A model generated the notes under the pieces. The model made no database searches, had not been told where the DNA came from, and saw only the letters and a list, made by a program, of their open reading frames with translations. Below, piece by piece: positions 40,785 through 55,390 of a DNA stretch of 64,000 nucleotides. Source of the DNA: Meyerozyma guilliermondii (Eukaryota); assembly GCA_051546255.1 (NCBI GenBank), contig CP128815.1, forward strand, positions 992,001-1,056,000, read 5' to 3'. A program made the position numbers and the translations under genes. The stretch's first letter is position 1; each line of letters opens with the position of its first letter.

Positions 40785-42893
40785 ATGTCGACTCCATTTG
40801 GTGTAGATTTCGGTAACGACAACACAGTGATTGCTTGTGCAAGAAACCGTGGAATTGATATCATTGTCAATGAGGTTTCTAACAGAGCTACCCCATCCCT
40901 TGTGGGATTTGGAATGAAGAACCGTTATATTGGTGAAACCGGTAAGAACCAACAAGGTTCCAACATCAAGAATACAGTGGATAACTTGAAGAGAATCTTA
41001 GGTTTGAATTACGATGACCCAGACTTTGAAATTGAAAAGAAGTTTTTCACAGCTCCTTTGGTGAAAAATGCTCAAGGTGGCGTGTCTGCTAAAGTCAGAT
41101 ACCTTGGTGAACAACAAGAATTCACTTCGACCCAGTTGGCTGCTATGTACATTAACAAGATCAAGGATATTACCCACAAGGAAACCAAGGGAAACATTGT
41201 TGATATCTGTTTATCTGTTCCAGTCTGGTACACTGAGAAGCAAAGACGTGCTGCTTCCGATGCTTGTAAGATTGCCGGATTGAACCCTGTCAGAATTGTT
41301 AACGAAGTCACTGCCGCTGCTGTTGGTTACGGTGTTTTCAAAGCCAATGATTTGCCTGAAGGTGAGCCCCGTAAAGTGGCCTTCATAGACATCGGTCACT
41401 CTTCTTTCCAAGTCTCCATTGCTGCCGTTAAGAAGGGAGAACTCAAGGTTTTGGGTTCTGCTTACGACAAGCACTTTGGTGGTAGAGATTTTGACCTTGC
41501 TATTGCCAACCATTTTGCTGCTGAGTTCAAGGACAAGTACAAGATTGATGTCACTGAAAACCCTAAGGCTTACTACAGAGTGTTGACTGCTTCTGAAAAA
41601 TTGAAAAAAGTGTTGTCCGCTAACACTCAAGCTCCTTTCAATATCGAGTCTGTCATGAATGACGTTGATGTGTCTTCTTCCTTGACTAGAGAGACCCTCG
41701 AGGAGTTTGTCCAGCCATTGTTGGACCGTGTTCACATTCCTATCGAGACTGCATTGAAGGATGCTGGACTTACCGCTGCCGATATTGACTCTGTGGAGTT
41801 GATTGGTGGATGTACTAGAGTTCCATCTCTTAAGGCTAGAATCAGTGAAGTTTTCGGAAAGCAATTATCATTCACATTGAACCAAGATGAAGCCATTGCC
41901 AGAGGAAATGCTTTCATTTGTGCTATGCACTCTCCAACCTTGAGAGTCAGACCTTTCAAGTTTGAAGACTTCAACCCATACTCAGTGTCCTACTTCTGGG
42001 ACAAAGACGAGGAGGATGATGACCACTTGGAGGTTTTCCCAAGAGGTGGTTTGTTCCCATCCACCAAGATTATTACCTTGTACAGAAAGGGTGACTTTGA
42101 AATTGAGGCACGTTACACTAACAGATCTGAGTTAGCTGCTGGTACCGAGCCAGTTATTGCCAAATGGTACCTCAAGGGTGTCGTTCCTTCAAAAGGTGAA
42201 ACTTCAATTGCCACTAAGGTCAAGTTGAGAAACGACCCATCTGGATTCTACACCATTGAGGAAGCTTACACTGTTGAAGAAAAGTTGGTGAAGGAATTGG
42301 TCGAAAAGGAACCCAAGGAAAAGAAGGAAGATGATGAAGATGAAGAGGATGAAGAGCCAGAATACAGAGAAGTCAAGAAGTTGGTCAAGAAGAACGACTT
42401 GGTGATCACTATGGAATCGGCTTCTTTGTCTGATGACGAGAGAGCAGCTCTTTTCGAGAAGGAAAACTCCATGGTTGTTGAAGACAAACTTGTCGCTGAC
42501 ACCGAAGACAAGAAGAATGCCCTTGAAGAGTACATCTACGAATTGAGAGGTAAGTTGGACGACCAGTACAAGGATTTTGCCAGCGACCAAGAGAAGGAGA
42601 AATTGACCGGCATGTTGATGAAGGCTGAAGACTGGTTATACGACGAGGGAGATGACTCCACCAAGGCCAAGTACGTTGCCAAGTACGAGGAATTGGCCTC
42701 GCTCGGAAACTTGATCCGTGGTAGATACTTGGCTAATGAAGAGGAAAAGAAGCAAGCTTTGAGACAGAAGCAAGAACAAGCCCAGGCGGCTGCCATGGCC
42801 GAGAAGCTCGCTGCTGCTAGAAAGGGAGGTGAACCAGAGAAGAAGGAAACCAAGGAGAGCGATGATGCTGATGGTGATATTAAGATGGATTAG
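40785..42893 (+). CDS. SSE1: Hsp110 chaperone / nucleotide exchange factor
   Basis: [27 protein letters not shown] and [12 protein letters not shown]. True ATG at 40785. Confidence 0.96.
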   Translation: MSTPFGVDFGNDNTVIACARNRGIDIIVNEVSNRATPSLVGFGMKNRYIGETGKNQQGSNIKNTVDNLKRILGLNYDDPDFEIEKKFFTAPLVKNAQGGVSAKVRYLGEQQEFTSTQLAAMYINKIKDITHKETKGNIVDICLSVPVWYTEKQRRAASDACKIAGLNPVRIVNEVTAAAVGYGVFKANDLPEGEPRKVAFIDIGHSSFQVSIAAVKKGELKVLGSAYDKHFGGRDFDLAIANHFAAEFKDKYKIDVTENPKAYYRVLTASEKLKKVLSANTQAPFNIESVMNDVDVSSSLTRETLEEFVQPLLDRVHIPIETALKDAGLTAADIDSVELIGGCTRVPSLKARISEVFGKQLSFTLNQDEAIARGNAFICAMHSPTLRVRPFKFEDFNPYSVSYFWDKDEEDDDHLEVFPRGGLFPSTKIITLYRKGDFEIEARYTNRSELAAGTEPVIAKWYLKGVVPSKGETSIATKVKLRNDPSGFYTIEEAYTVEEKLVKELVEKEPKEKKEDDEDEEDEEPEYREVKKLVKKNDLVITMESASLSDDERAALFEKENSMVVEDKLVADTEDKKNALEEYIYELRGKLDDQYKDFASDQEKEKLTGMLMKAEDWLYDEGDDSTKAKYVAKYEELASLGNLIRGRYLANEEEKKQALRQKQEQAQAAAMAEKLAAARKGGEPEKKETKESDDADGDIKMD

Positions 42894-43191
42894 GGGCATA
42901 TATAGATCAATAATAATATCATATTGGAAATCTCATAACCACCTCTCATGGCTTGCAAGCTCGACCGATTTTTCACTCCGGTATACAGGTCGCAGCACGA
43001 ACACTTTTTCTGCCATCATAATAGTCTTTTCTGCACTGCTGAACTAGACGTATTTAGAGCATATCCTTGATTGTTTTGGCATAATTTCCTTGGAACATCT
43101 TGCTACAGACGCTAATACCATTATTGAAACTTTAAAAAGTTATAAAGGGCATCCGTCGTTCCGAAAAACTACTCCTCATCAACACTCATAA

Positions 43192-45237
<2,046 letters not shown>

Positions 45238-45319
45238 TGTGTCTACGCAATCTGTACTTTTTAGTGTATCGTTAAATATTAATATTGTAATATAATTCAT
45301 ATGAATATGAATGTTCACT

Positions 45320-47008
45320 TCATTCTTGGGTCAAATCTTTGGACATAAAAGGACCATCCAAATAATACCCAAGTTTAGCATAGTAGTTTCTTACCCCCAC
45401 GCCGGAAATAACGCTTATTTTCTCAGAACCATGTTCTTCTCTGGCTATTCTGGCAGCCTCTTCCATCAAAAGTGTACCGAATCCTTGATGCTGAAACTTT
45501 CTGGGATCTCTTGAATGTAAGGGAACAACCGAGCCATAAACGTGAAGTTCTCTGACGATGGAAGTGGGTTGACTGGTGAATTCTTTACGGTATGTGTACT
45601 TCTTGGACGCCTTTCTCAACCTCAACAACCCAATCAAAATATCTTTCTTTGGGTCTTCGTAAGACAAAAATGTTTCCCATCCACCGTTGGCATAGTAATC
45701 TCTCCTTATAAGCTCTACCTGATCAGGAACCACCTTATGATGTACTTCTTGGATACCGACTTCTCTAGTACGAACATCTCGGCAAGTTGTTCCAAAATCC
45801 TTCATTCTAGCTAAAGCGAGCTCACGCAAGTTTCCGTTCTCAACTCCAGATGTCACCAACGGCATAGGAATATCACGCTGAACTCGATAGATTCTTGTCC
45901 ATGGTGGAACCAACGCTAAGATTCTTGCAACCAAGTCAATCAACGCATTTGCATTGTATGATTTGTATAAACCTTTCTTCCAAAGTTCGTATAATCCGGT
46001 TCCTCTTATCACCAAGGTTGGGTAAAGTTTCAAACCATCAGTTCGGAAATCTGGGTTTTCAAAGTATTCTTTAAATTGTTCCAAATCTCTCTCCATACCA
46101 ACATTGGGCAAGTCAGGCATCATATGACTAACCACCTTGTAGCCAGCATCCTTTGCAACTGCAAAAGTTTCGCATACGGCTTTCACGGTGTGGCCTCGAT
46201 TGGTATCACGAGCCACATCTTCGTATACTGATTGTACACCGATTTCAAGTCTTGTGCATCCATACTTGAGCATATCACTCAAATGAGTCTCTGTACAGTA
46301 ATCGGGTCTTGTTTCTATAGTGATACCAACACATTTTGTTTGAGATTGTTGAGAAAACTTGATGGCCTCATCGATATCGCGACCATTATAGCCGGTCAAA
46401 GCATTATGCAATTGGGTGATGAACCCTTCTCTGTAATCCACGGGAAGAGACATGAACGTTCCTCCCATGATAATGTACTCGACTTTATCAATAGAATGTC
46501 CTAATTGTCTCAACTGTTCCACTCTTCCTCGCGCTTGTTCATATGGATCATATCTTGCACGAATAGCACGCATCGATGTAGGTTCGTATCCAGTATACGA
46601 TTGAGTAGAATATTCAAAGTCCGAATCAGGACCACCTGGGCAATAAACACAAATATTACCAGTATATGCTATATGGGGGCATCGATGAGGTTTGCACATC
46701 ACTGCCACAACGGCGATTCCTGATGCTGTTCTGACAGGTTTTGCCTTGAGTTTTGGTATCAAGTACTTTTTATATTGATCTGGGATGGATGAAATGATAT
46801 CGGTCAACCGTGGTTGTTGCTTTAACTTGTATTTTTTTGCATATCTGATGATTAAACCATTCAAATTGATATCTTTGGAATTTTTTAGCGATGCCACAAG
46901 CTCCAAGGAAATGTCTCCGCAGCACAGCAAGAATCTCTCCTTCTCTGGAGCGAGTTTCTGCTTCCCTGGCTTGCTCTTCGCAGTTATAAGTTGGGTTTGT
47001 GAAGGCAT
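45320..47008 (-). CDS. ELP3: Elongator catalytic subunit (radical SAM plus acetyltransferase)
   Basis: CKPHRCPH...[15 protein letters not shown] and FQHQGFG. Confidence 0.97.
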   Translation of the reverse strand: MPSQTQLITAKSKPGKQKLAPEKERFLLCCGDISLELVASLKNSKDINLNGLIIRYAKKYKLKQQPRLTDIISSIPDQYKKYLIPKLKAKPVRTASGIAVVAVMCKPHRCPHIAYTGNICVYCPGGPDSDFEYSTQSYTGYEPTSMRAIRARYDPYEQARGRVEQLRQLGHSIDKVEYIIMGGTFMSLPVDYREGFITQLHNALTGYNGRDIDEAIKFSQQSQTKCVGITIETRPDYCTETHLSDMLKYGCTRLEIGVQSVYEDVARDTNRGHTVKAVCETFAVAKDAGYKVVSHMMPDLPNVGMERDLEQFKEYFENPDFRTDGLKLYPTLVIRGTGLYELWKKGLYKSYNANALIDLVARILALVPPWTRIYRVQRDIPMPLVTSGVENGNLRELALARMKDFGTTCRDVRTREVGIQEVHHKVVPDQVELIRRDYYANGGWETFLSYEDPKKDILIGLLRLRKASKKYTYRKEFTSQPTSIVRELHVYGSVVPLHSRDPRKFQHQGFGTLLMEEAARIAREEHGSEKISVISGVGVRNYYAKLGYYLDGPFMSKDLTQE

Positions 47009-47035
47009 GATTCGTGAACTTGTTGCTGCTCAAAT

Positions 47036-47094
47036 CTCATCACCTAAAATTTCCCGCTTGGATGCAGTACCACAGATTCGGTCGAAATTTTTCA
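47036..47094 (-). promoter_or_regulatory. RRPE and PAC elements upstream of ELP3, in the 104-bp divergent ELP3/MBA1 gap
   Basis: Minus strand TGAAAAATTT (47085-47094) followed by GATGAG (47036-47041), in the canonical order. Confidence 0.65.
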
Positions 47095-47112
47095 GATTTG
47101 ATTGACACCAAC

Positions 47113-47988
47113 ATGATTGGCATTCCACAGCTACGCCGCACACTTGTCGGTTCACGGCCCTTTTCTGTGCCAGGTATTTCAACCAGCATTCGAATAAGTC
47201 GAACTTATGCCGATAAGCCAGCTAAGAAGAAATCTGCGCCGGCAGCAGACATTTCGCAGATTCCCATTCGGAGTATCGGTGTCATTGCCGACTTTTATGT
47301 TCCTCCTCGGTACTTGAGCAGTCCTGTGACTTCTTGGCACAAGCTTCTTTTCAGAAGACTTGGACTTTTCGCCATCAATACATATAGTATTGTGAAATAT
47401 AGGCGGGAAACTGGTCTCAAGCTTCACTTTAATGAGTGGAAAGACACTGCAATTGACCAATTTGTACGTGTAAATAAGGTTTTTGCTGGAGCTTGCAACT
47501 CTAGAACTAGTGAAAGAGCAAAGTACATTAGCACTCAGTTGCATGATGTTGCTGGAGCGGAAGTTATTAAGAGTTTGACTGCCAGAGCAGCGACATTTCC
47601 TGCAAGTGGAACTAGACTCGAATGGCAATTGACAGATATCGTTGGTAACCCCAAGATTGTTTCATTCAACGCATTGCCTGACAGCAATAATCTTACTGCG
47701 TTGGTACAATTTGTGTGTAAAGTTACCACCAAGCAGAAATTGACTATCACAACTCAAGGCAAACTGAACTCGAACGAAAGACTAGTTACCGATAATTTGG
47801 TGTACACTCTTGATCCATTTTCTGGAGAAATGGTCTTGGTGGGATCTGTATTCGACTCGGATCACATAAGAGGAGTGCAACCCGAAATCAACTTTACCGA
47901 TGCCCAGACAATGACAAAATTTCAAGTATTGTGCTCTGATTTATTCAGATCCAATCCAAATTTGATTGGCAAATCCAAAGACAAATAG
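47113..47988 (+). CDS. MBA1: Mitochondrial ribosome membrane receptor Mba1
   Basis: Presequence-like N-terminus, IGV..D.YVPP, F.EWK..AI..FV.VNK.FA and LVGSVF. ATG at 47113. Confidence 0.78.
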   Translation: MIGIPQLRRTLVGSRPFSVPGISTSIRISRTYADKPAKKKSAPAADISQIPIRSIGVIADFYVPPRYLSSPVTSWHKLLFRRLGLFAINTYSIVKYRRETGLKLHFNEWKDTAIDQFVRVNKVFAGACNSRTSERAKYISTQLHDVAGAEVIKSLTARAATFPASGTRLEWQLTDIVGNPKIVSFNALPDSNNLTALVQFVCKVTTKQKLTITTQGKLNSNERLVTDNLVYTLDPFSGEMVLVGSVFDSDHIRGVQPEINFTDAQTMTKFQVLCSDLFRSNPNLIGKSKDK

Positions 47989-48070
47989 TATGTACCGAAC
48001 TTATCATGTATATAGCCTAGTCATATCTTACTAACTGTATCTTTTCATCCATTTTAACCCTAACCCAATT

Positions 48071-49156
48071 TTAATCCATCAAAAACACATCGTCATTTTT
48101 GTCATGGTCCCCTTTTAGTATCGAAACGTCAATTGTCCTATCTTCGCGCGAGCCCCAGTTTAAAGTGGGCCGAACGAGAAGTGTTCCAGATTGCGACCGT
48201 GAGTCCCTTCGTTGCATCTCCTGAGGCGTGAGAATCAAGTTCCCAAGCGATCCTGGTACATAGTCCTCCTCGTAAAACCCATGGCTGCTTCTGTCTTTCT
48301 CGTCATCTTCGTCGTCGACGATTGCAGAATCATTGACTAAACTATTGGAGTAGTTGTAAGTCGATGGAGGAGAATTGACCGAATACGAGCCTCTACCGAG
48401 CCCATTGGGGCTGAACGGAGATGTGGTGGTGGTGCCGGTGGGCGTTGTCAAGCTGGTAGGCGAAAGCAGGAAAGGTCCATTACTTCCATTATGTGACCAA
48501 TTGGCTGCTCCGGTATACGATGGAGCACTTCTGAAGCTGGAAAGGTTGGTCGCCGAAGGGTTGCGGGTTGGAACCTTGGATCCCAACGAGATATAGGAAC
48601 CTATGTTACCAGAAGACTGGCTGTGGCTTATATCGATGGGCTGTGGAGCAACTTGAGCTGGCTGCGAAAAAGTATGGTGGAGGTTCTGGTGATTGCTTGA
48701 AGTACGACGTGAAGACGAACCATTGTGGTTGTTCATCAACCCCTTTGAATTCACACGAGTTCCATCAGGAAGAAAATGAGCCAACGCACATTTCAACCCA
48801 AACTTGCAGTTTCCCTTTTGAAAATACTTACAAGGAAGTTTGTCAGCGGCCAAAGTTCCGTCCAAATTATGGGAAAAAGGACACAGCGAACCCGCCAGGC
48901 AGTTTCCCTGTCTGTAGAACTTACAAGGAACATGGCTCAAGTTCTTATTGGACTGCAGTCCACTACCGTTCAAAGCAGCCTTTCCAGGAGGACCGGTGTT
49001 GGGAGGAAGTTCGGCATCTACGGAACTTAGCTTCAAGGATTCAAGGTCTCTGGTGGATCTAGGACGCAGTTCGTGTCTACTACCTGACCCTTTGGTAGTA
49101 GGAGTGATTTTGGAATTACCGGTAAGTCCCGGTTTCATCCGTATATCTGTTTCCAT
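48071..49156 (-). CDS. LEE1: Tandem CCCH zinc-finger protein (Lee1/Cps3 family)
   Basis: HVPCKF...G.C.AG..CPFSH, PCKYFQKGNCKFG.KCALAH and EED.VP.SL..L.LTP.E..RR.SR. Confidence 0.82.
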   Translation of the reverse strand: METDIRMKPGLTGNSKITPTTKGSGSRHELRPRSTRDLESLKLSSVDAELPPNTGPPGKAALNGSGLQSNKNLSHVPCKFYRQGNCLAGSLCPFSHNLDGTLAADKLPCKYFQKGNCKFGLKCALAHFLPDGTRVNSKGLMNNHNGSSSRRTSSNHQNLHHTFSQPAQVAPQPIDISHSQSSGNIGSYISLGSKVPTRNPSATNLSSFRSAPSYTGAANWSHNGSNGPFLLSPTSLTTPTGTTTTSPFSPNGLGRGSYSVNSPPSTYNYSNSLVNDSAIVDDEDDEKDRSSHGFYEEDYVPGSLGNLILTPQEMQRRDSRSQSGTLLVRPTLNWGSREDRTIDVSILKGDHDKNDDVFLMD

Positions 49157-49503
49157 TTTATAAATTGGACCAGATTGAGGTCTCTGTAAGTTTGGTTTAG
49201 CTGTAGTATATTATGGGTAGCAAATTTTCAAAGGTACACTCTTGGAAGCTCGTGTAAGAAATGTGCTCTATGACTAAGTAATCAGGAGCTTATCTTTAAA
49301 TTGTTCGATTTTGTGTCAGTTGTGGCACGATTAGATAAGGAAAAACTCTGTGGTGGCTGCGAGATTCCGCGCGACATAGCTTGCGATCACAATACAAAAT
49401 ATAAGAATACAATGATATTGTGCAATAATCATTACAACATTCAAGTCTAATATTCTTGTCTACTTTTTTTCAATATTCAGTATCAGTTCCATTAGTATAC
49501 ATG

Positions 49504-51423
49504 CTAACGACGATCCGTAGATCCAATACCACGCTTACCCGAAAACAAATGCTTGGGCAACATGGCTGTAGAATGACGATCTCCCTCTCCTTGTCTGGCT
49601 TGTCTGTTTCTCTCTCTGCGTTGGATCTTGGCCAATCTTTCTGCTTGAGATCTCATAGCACCATCGGCAATACCTGCATTGAGCCTATCAGGTTGGTTGA
49701 CTGGAGCCTTCTTCTTTGAAGCTTTAGCCTTGTGGATTCCTTGATTTTTCTTAAGAATATCCACCCCTGAAATATCACTATCTTTCTTAGACGACTTTCC
49801 AACTTTCAAAGAGGATGTGTCGTGGCCCAAAGAGTACATGTGCTCCTCCATCTCGGCGTAGGACCTCTTAATACTATCTCTTGGCATTATCGAACGGTTC
49901 TTCAATGCCTTTCTGTTACGTGCCTCGAAGATCATCTTCTTTTGCTTATCTCTGATCCATTGAGCCTTCTCCCTAATGTTGGTGGTTTCCTCATCTTCAA
50001 TGTCAGAGTCTGAATCGTAGAACCCTTCCTGTTCTAATCTCTCCTCTTCTTCTTCCAAAGCTTGCAATTTGGCAGCAATCGAAGGATCCAAGAAATCGTA
50101 CACATTCTTTCCGTCCAACACCTCCGGCATGATATCATTCTTCCATTCGTCATCATCAAGCAAATACTTGTCTTTCAAATTAATGTTGAAAACACCGGCT
50201 CCTCCATTTTCAGCTTCGATATCACGAGCCAATTTTCTTCTTTCTGGGTCGTTGACATCGTATTTCTTGAGCTCCTTCACAGCATCTGGGATAAATGCAG
50301 ATCTGTCGGTATCGTCTCTGGCTTCAGGTCTGGCCACATGGATCTTGTTGAGAACGTTATTGACACGAGCAGTTCCCTTCAACTTCTGTTCTATTCTAGC
50401 GGTCAAGAGCTTCTCGCACGCCTGGTTACGTACTTGCATTACATTTTCTTCTTCGTGACAAGATGCATGCATAATTTCCACTCCGGGAACCGACTCCAAC
50501 GACTTCAATAATTCTTGGTTTTCTTCACTCAAGTCTTCAGCTCTCAAGATATCTGACTTGTTCATAACAACCATAACCGACTTGTTAGCAAACAAGGGCT
50601 TGATAGAGTGAAACAACTTCACTTGGGCCTCGATAGAGAAACCACACTGTTCCGACAAATCCATAAAGTATAAGACACACGATCTCAAGTGAGCAATGGC
50701 ATAGATCGATTGCATTTCAATGTTGTTCATGTCCTCAGTGGGTCTGTCAAGAATACCTGGGGTATCAATGGCTTGGAACCGCAAATACTTGTAGTCAAAA
50801 TGACCCACATATAAAGACTTTGTGGTGAAAGCGTATGGTTGAACATCTACATCCGCTTTGGTGATGCACTTTAAGAAAGACGACTTACCAACATTGGGGT
50901 ACCCGCAAATCAACAAGGTTCTTGTGTTGGGGTCAATACTGGGCAATCTACCCAAATGCTGTCTCACTTGTTCCAAGTAAACCAAAGGATCCTTCAACTT
51001 TTTGGCAATGGTAGCCATTCTACCCAAAGCAGCTCTTTTCAATTGTTTACATTGATACAAAGATTGACCAAATTTCAACAATCTAACGTAGTCTCTGGCC
51101 ACCTGTTCGATCAAGGTCTTTGCTCTTGAAACCGCAGCTAAAGACACTTTGTAGTGATTTTTTTCGTACAAGGTGTCCATAAGATCTCTGTGGAAAGGAT
51201 GCACGTCATTAATGTTGGGAAATCTGGAGATAATATCATTAAATTTCTCGCCAAATCCTTCAGCAGTAAATCTTACTTTTCTCATGTAAAAATCCCTTAT
51301 ACGTGTGATCTTAAAACCCGGTCTTATTACAGTTGGAGTTTTTCTTTGGGTCCTGTTAAGGACAATGTCCAACATGTCGTTGGCATTTGGGACCGTGGGA
51401 ATATCTTTCCACGTAAGTTGCAT
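49504..51423 (-). CDS. NOG1: Nucleolar GTPase for 60S biogenesis
   Basis: [25 protein letters not shown] and [10 protein letters not shown]. Confidence 0.97.
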   Translation of the reverse strand: MQLTWKDIPTVPNANDMLDIVLNRTQRKTPTVIRPGFKITRIRDFYMRKVRFTAEGFGEKFNDIISRFPNINDVHPFHRDLMDTLYEKNHYKVSLAAVSRAKTLIEQVARDYVRLLKFGQSLYQCKQLKRAALGRMATIAKKLKDPLVYLEQVRQHLGRLPSIDPNTRTLLICGYPNVGKSSFLKCITKADVDVQPYAFTTKSLYVGHFDYKYLRFQAIDTPGILDRPTEDMNNIEMQSIYAIAHLRSCVLYFMDLSEQCGFSIEAQVKLFHSIKPLFANKSVMVVMNKSDILRAEDLSEENQELLKSLESVPGVEIMHASCHEEENVMQVRNQACEKLLTARIEQKLKGTARVNNVLNKIHVARPEARDDTDRSAFIPDAVKELKKYDVNDPERRKLARDIEAENGGAGVFNINLKDKYLLDDDEWKNDIMPEVLDGKNVYDFLDPSIAAKLQALEEEEERLEQEGFYDSDSDIEDEETTNIREKAQWIRDKQKKMIFEARNRKALKNRSIMPRDSIKRSYAEMEEHMYSLGHDTSSLKVGKSSKKDSDISGVDILKKNQGIHKAKASKKKAPVNQPDRLNAGIADGAMRSQAERLAKIQRRERNRQARQGEGDRHSTAMLPKHLFSGKRGIGSTDRR

Positions 51424-51451
51424 GACAAAGTGGGAAGAGGATACAATTTAC

Positions 51452-51459
51452 CTCATCGC
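51452..51459 (-). promoter_or_regulatory. PAC element upstream of NOG1
   Basis: GCGATGAG on the minus strand, next to an A-tract. Confidence 0.7.
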
Positions 51460-51671
51460 AATTTTTTTGTGGTGCTCGGGCGGCATCGCAGATATTTGGT
51501 GTATGGGTGTGCTGATAGCGATGGGAAAAGAAAGGTGGTGAAGAGACGCTGCAATAAGTTGCTTTATATCTTCTGGTCTTCTCGTCTTCATCTGCTGTTT
51601 CATCTGCTTTTCTATCGCAATTCTTTTACATCTTTATTTGTCGTGCTTATTGCTATGTACTATGACCACGC

Positions 51672-52796
<1,125 letters not shown>

Positions 52797-52888
52797 TCAG
52801 CGAGTTTTGATCGCGGCTTCTTTAGGTGTGCAGGAAAATATTTCATGGCCTACAAAAACGTTACAATGAAATTATACTGTACGGTTAT

Positions 52889-54221
52889 CTACTTCAATTC
52901 CTTACCGTCGACAATAGCCTTGGTCTTTCCGTCCTCGGCCACAATGTCACCTTCCCAGTTGATCATCTTCTCGATGAAAGTCTTGGTCTCAGGGTCCTTG
53001 GGGTCCAACTTGGAGTAGGAGTAGGATTCCCAGTCAGGAGCAACATTCACGGCAGGAACGTAGTCTTGGCCTCTGACGAGGAAGAAACCAGTAATACCGT
53101 TGTCGTTGTTCTCTCCGTACACAACCAAGTCACCGTACATGAACTTGGTGGAACCAGTTAAACGAGCAAAGAATCCACCAACCAAGTTGTTGGACATGAA
53201 AGTCAAAGTCAACTCGTCGTTGTACTTGTAGTCGACCTTCCACAACGACCAGTCCTCGTCGTTGTAGAACTCGTCCCAGAAGTATTTGAGAGCAACCTCA
53301 GGCTTGTTGTTGGAAACAGTTCTCTTCCACTCGTCAATTGGGATCTTTGGAGCACCCAAAGCGGCCAATGGGTGCTTTGGCTTAGGAGCCTGAGCTGGAG
53401 GTTCTTCGTCATCCTCCTTCTTGTCAGCCTTCTTCTCAGCCTTCTTTTCAGCCTTAGGAGCTTGTGGCTTCTTCTCCTTCTTTGGAGCAACGTACTCAAC
53501 TGGCTTCTCTCTGAACTTGTAGTCTCCAATCTTGGCGTGCAAGATAGGGTGAGAGATAACAGTTTTGAACCATCTGGTGATGTTGGGGAATTGTTTTCTC
53601 CATTCGGAGCCGAACAAGTGGTCGAATCCTCTAACGAAATGAACAGCGGAGAAAAGATCAGCAAGAGAAAGTCTCTCACCCACCAAGTAGGTGAAATCAG
53701 CCAATCTCGACTCGTAAATAGCGGCAACTTTGTCGGCTTGAGCAAGAGCATCGTCAACAATCTTCTTGTTGTAAGGAGCGGCACCAGTCAAACGAGTGAA
53801 AGCAGCAGAAATCTGAGGCAAAAGCTCAGAGTTACTCAAGGACAACCATTTCAAAATGAGGGCATACTCCTTGGCGTTCTTACCAAGAAGGGGAGATTTA
53901 GGGTCAGCCAAGTTGATAACTGATGGTTAGTATTTCTTCAGAGTATAAATTCTCGACATAATATGTTAAGACAGGGATAACTGTTAATTTTTAAAAATTT
54001 TCTCATCATTTGGAGTACTTACGGTAAAGGGTGATGGCAATTGTTTCGGTTAATTTAAAACCTTTTTCACCGGCAAAAGCTGGAACTTTTCCAAGAGGAA
54101 ATTTCTCAGCGTAATTGGATGGTGGTTCGACCACGTTGACATCGAGCTTGTAGTGCTGGACTAAAGCAGCTGGCAACACGGTTCTGATTCTGTGGTTGGC
54201 GTATAAAGTACCTTGGGACAT
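52889..54221 (-). CDS. CAM1: Translation elongation factor eEF1B-gamma (CAM1/TEF4 family); exons 54221-54023 and 53919-52889
   Basis: MSQGTLY start, FPLGKVPAF GST-like domain, junction ITLY-L-INLADP, and WKVDYKYNDELTLTFMSNNLVGGF. Confidence 0.95.
53920..54022 (-). other. Phase-1 spliceosomal intron (103 nt) hosting a snoRNA
   Basis: GTAAGT donor, TACTAAC (53932-53926) and CATCAG acceptor. Removal joins the two ORF-track fragments in frame. Confidence 0.93.
53938..54009 (-). ncRNA. SNR38: Box C/D snoRNA, snR38 orthologue (guides 2'-O-methylation of the 25S G equivalent to yeast Gm2815)
   Basis: C box ATGATGA, 13-nt guide CAGTTATCCCTGT complementary to the conserved LSU sequence ACAGGGAUAACUG, D' CTTA, C' ATGTCGA and D box CTGA. 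snR38 lies in the TEF4 intron in S. cerevisiae. Confidence 0.9.
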
Positions 54222-54270
54222 GGTGGTAATTGATGAGGAACGAAAGAAAATTTTCTGCTGCCGTGTGGTG

Positions 54271-54288
54271 TCACGTGGTGATCACGTG
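54271..54288. promoter_or_regulatory. Paired TCACGTG (Cbf1-type) sites upstream of EF-1gamma
   Basis: TCACGTGGTGATCACGTG, about 50-65 bp upstream of the ATG. Confidence 0.6.
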
Positions 54289-55390
54289 CTTTGAGTTTTG
54301 GTGGTCGTTGCGCCGCGTAGGATGGGGCTGTATGGGACCGAGTCGCCATAAGCATTGCTGATCAATTTGGGTTGAATTGAAACATTTCAGGAATTTGCGT
54401 CACATTGCAATCATATGCGAATTTATGCACCTTTATAGCAAGTTGATCCGAATTTAAATCTCATAATACATCTGTTTTCAGGATTTATGTACGGTTAGGA
54501 AATTGCAATCGAGTTACAGGATCCGGTAACGAACCAGCAGCAGGTTGTTCCTAACCAACAGGGCTTGATTCACATGTAGTATGAAAACAGGAAAAAGAAA
54601 AATATCATTTTTATTTTTTGTCAGCGTAGATTAGTTTGGATTATCTCCCGTTGTTACATTAACCTCGTCTAACATTAACCTCTTCTGATTGGTATCTGTT
54701 CTGTAATTTGTTCAGTTATTCGTTTCGGCTTCCAATTCTGCGACGCGATGTTCGAGAGCCACATCAACAATGTGCAAAAAACAATTTCGACGCCCTTGAA
54801 TTTAGAAGATGGAACCGAGTTCAAATATGGCAAAATTAAGCGATACAAAGAAGTAGCAGTTTCTTGCATTGCTTTTGTGTATAAAGAAATTCACATGGAA
54901 CTCAACAGATTTGGACATGATGGAACTGACGAACGAAACTTGAGTTTACTTCATTGAAGAGTTATGATACTTGCTAGTGATTCTTTTCTTAAAAGGTCTT
55001 AGCTGTTATCGTTTTTTTATCATATTTTTACGTTTTTTCGGGAGATTTTACGGCACATTGCCAAATTGTATTATGATCCACCTTTCAAAACGTCATTATT
55101 TTGTAGCTTTTTTTTGAGGTGCATTGCATGCGATCGTAAACAGAGGCGGTTCAGTATATCCGCGGGATATGACGTACATGACACCATGCAACATTGGTTA
55201 TGCTTGCCACTATACCGAGTCAGACATTTTTTTTTTTATACATATAACCAGATGCGGGTTTGTGGGTAACCATGCAGTCGCCGTGCGTTTAGGGCAGAGA
55301 GTCGCATTGCAGTGCATGGCGCGCCCAACGGTTTTTGGCTGCAAATACAATACGTTATGAAATTAGCAACGACGGTTTTATTATGCTTAG

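Noticed and set aside
54514..54550. CAGG...GTAA...AGCAG resembling SRP RNA helix 8
   Set aside because: Spacing and pairing do not fit the SRP54-binding motif, and there is no Alu-like 5' domain.
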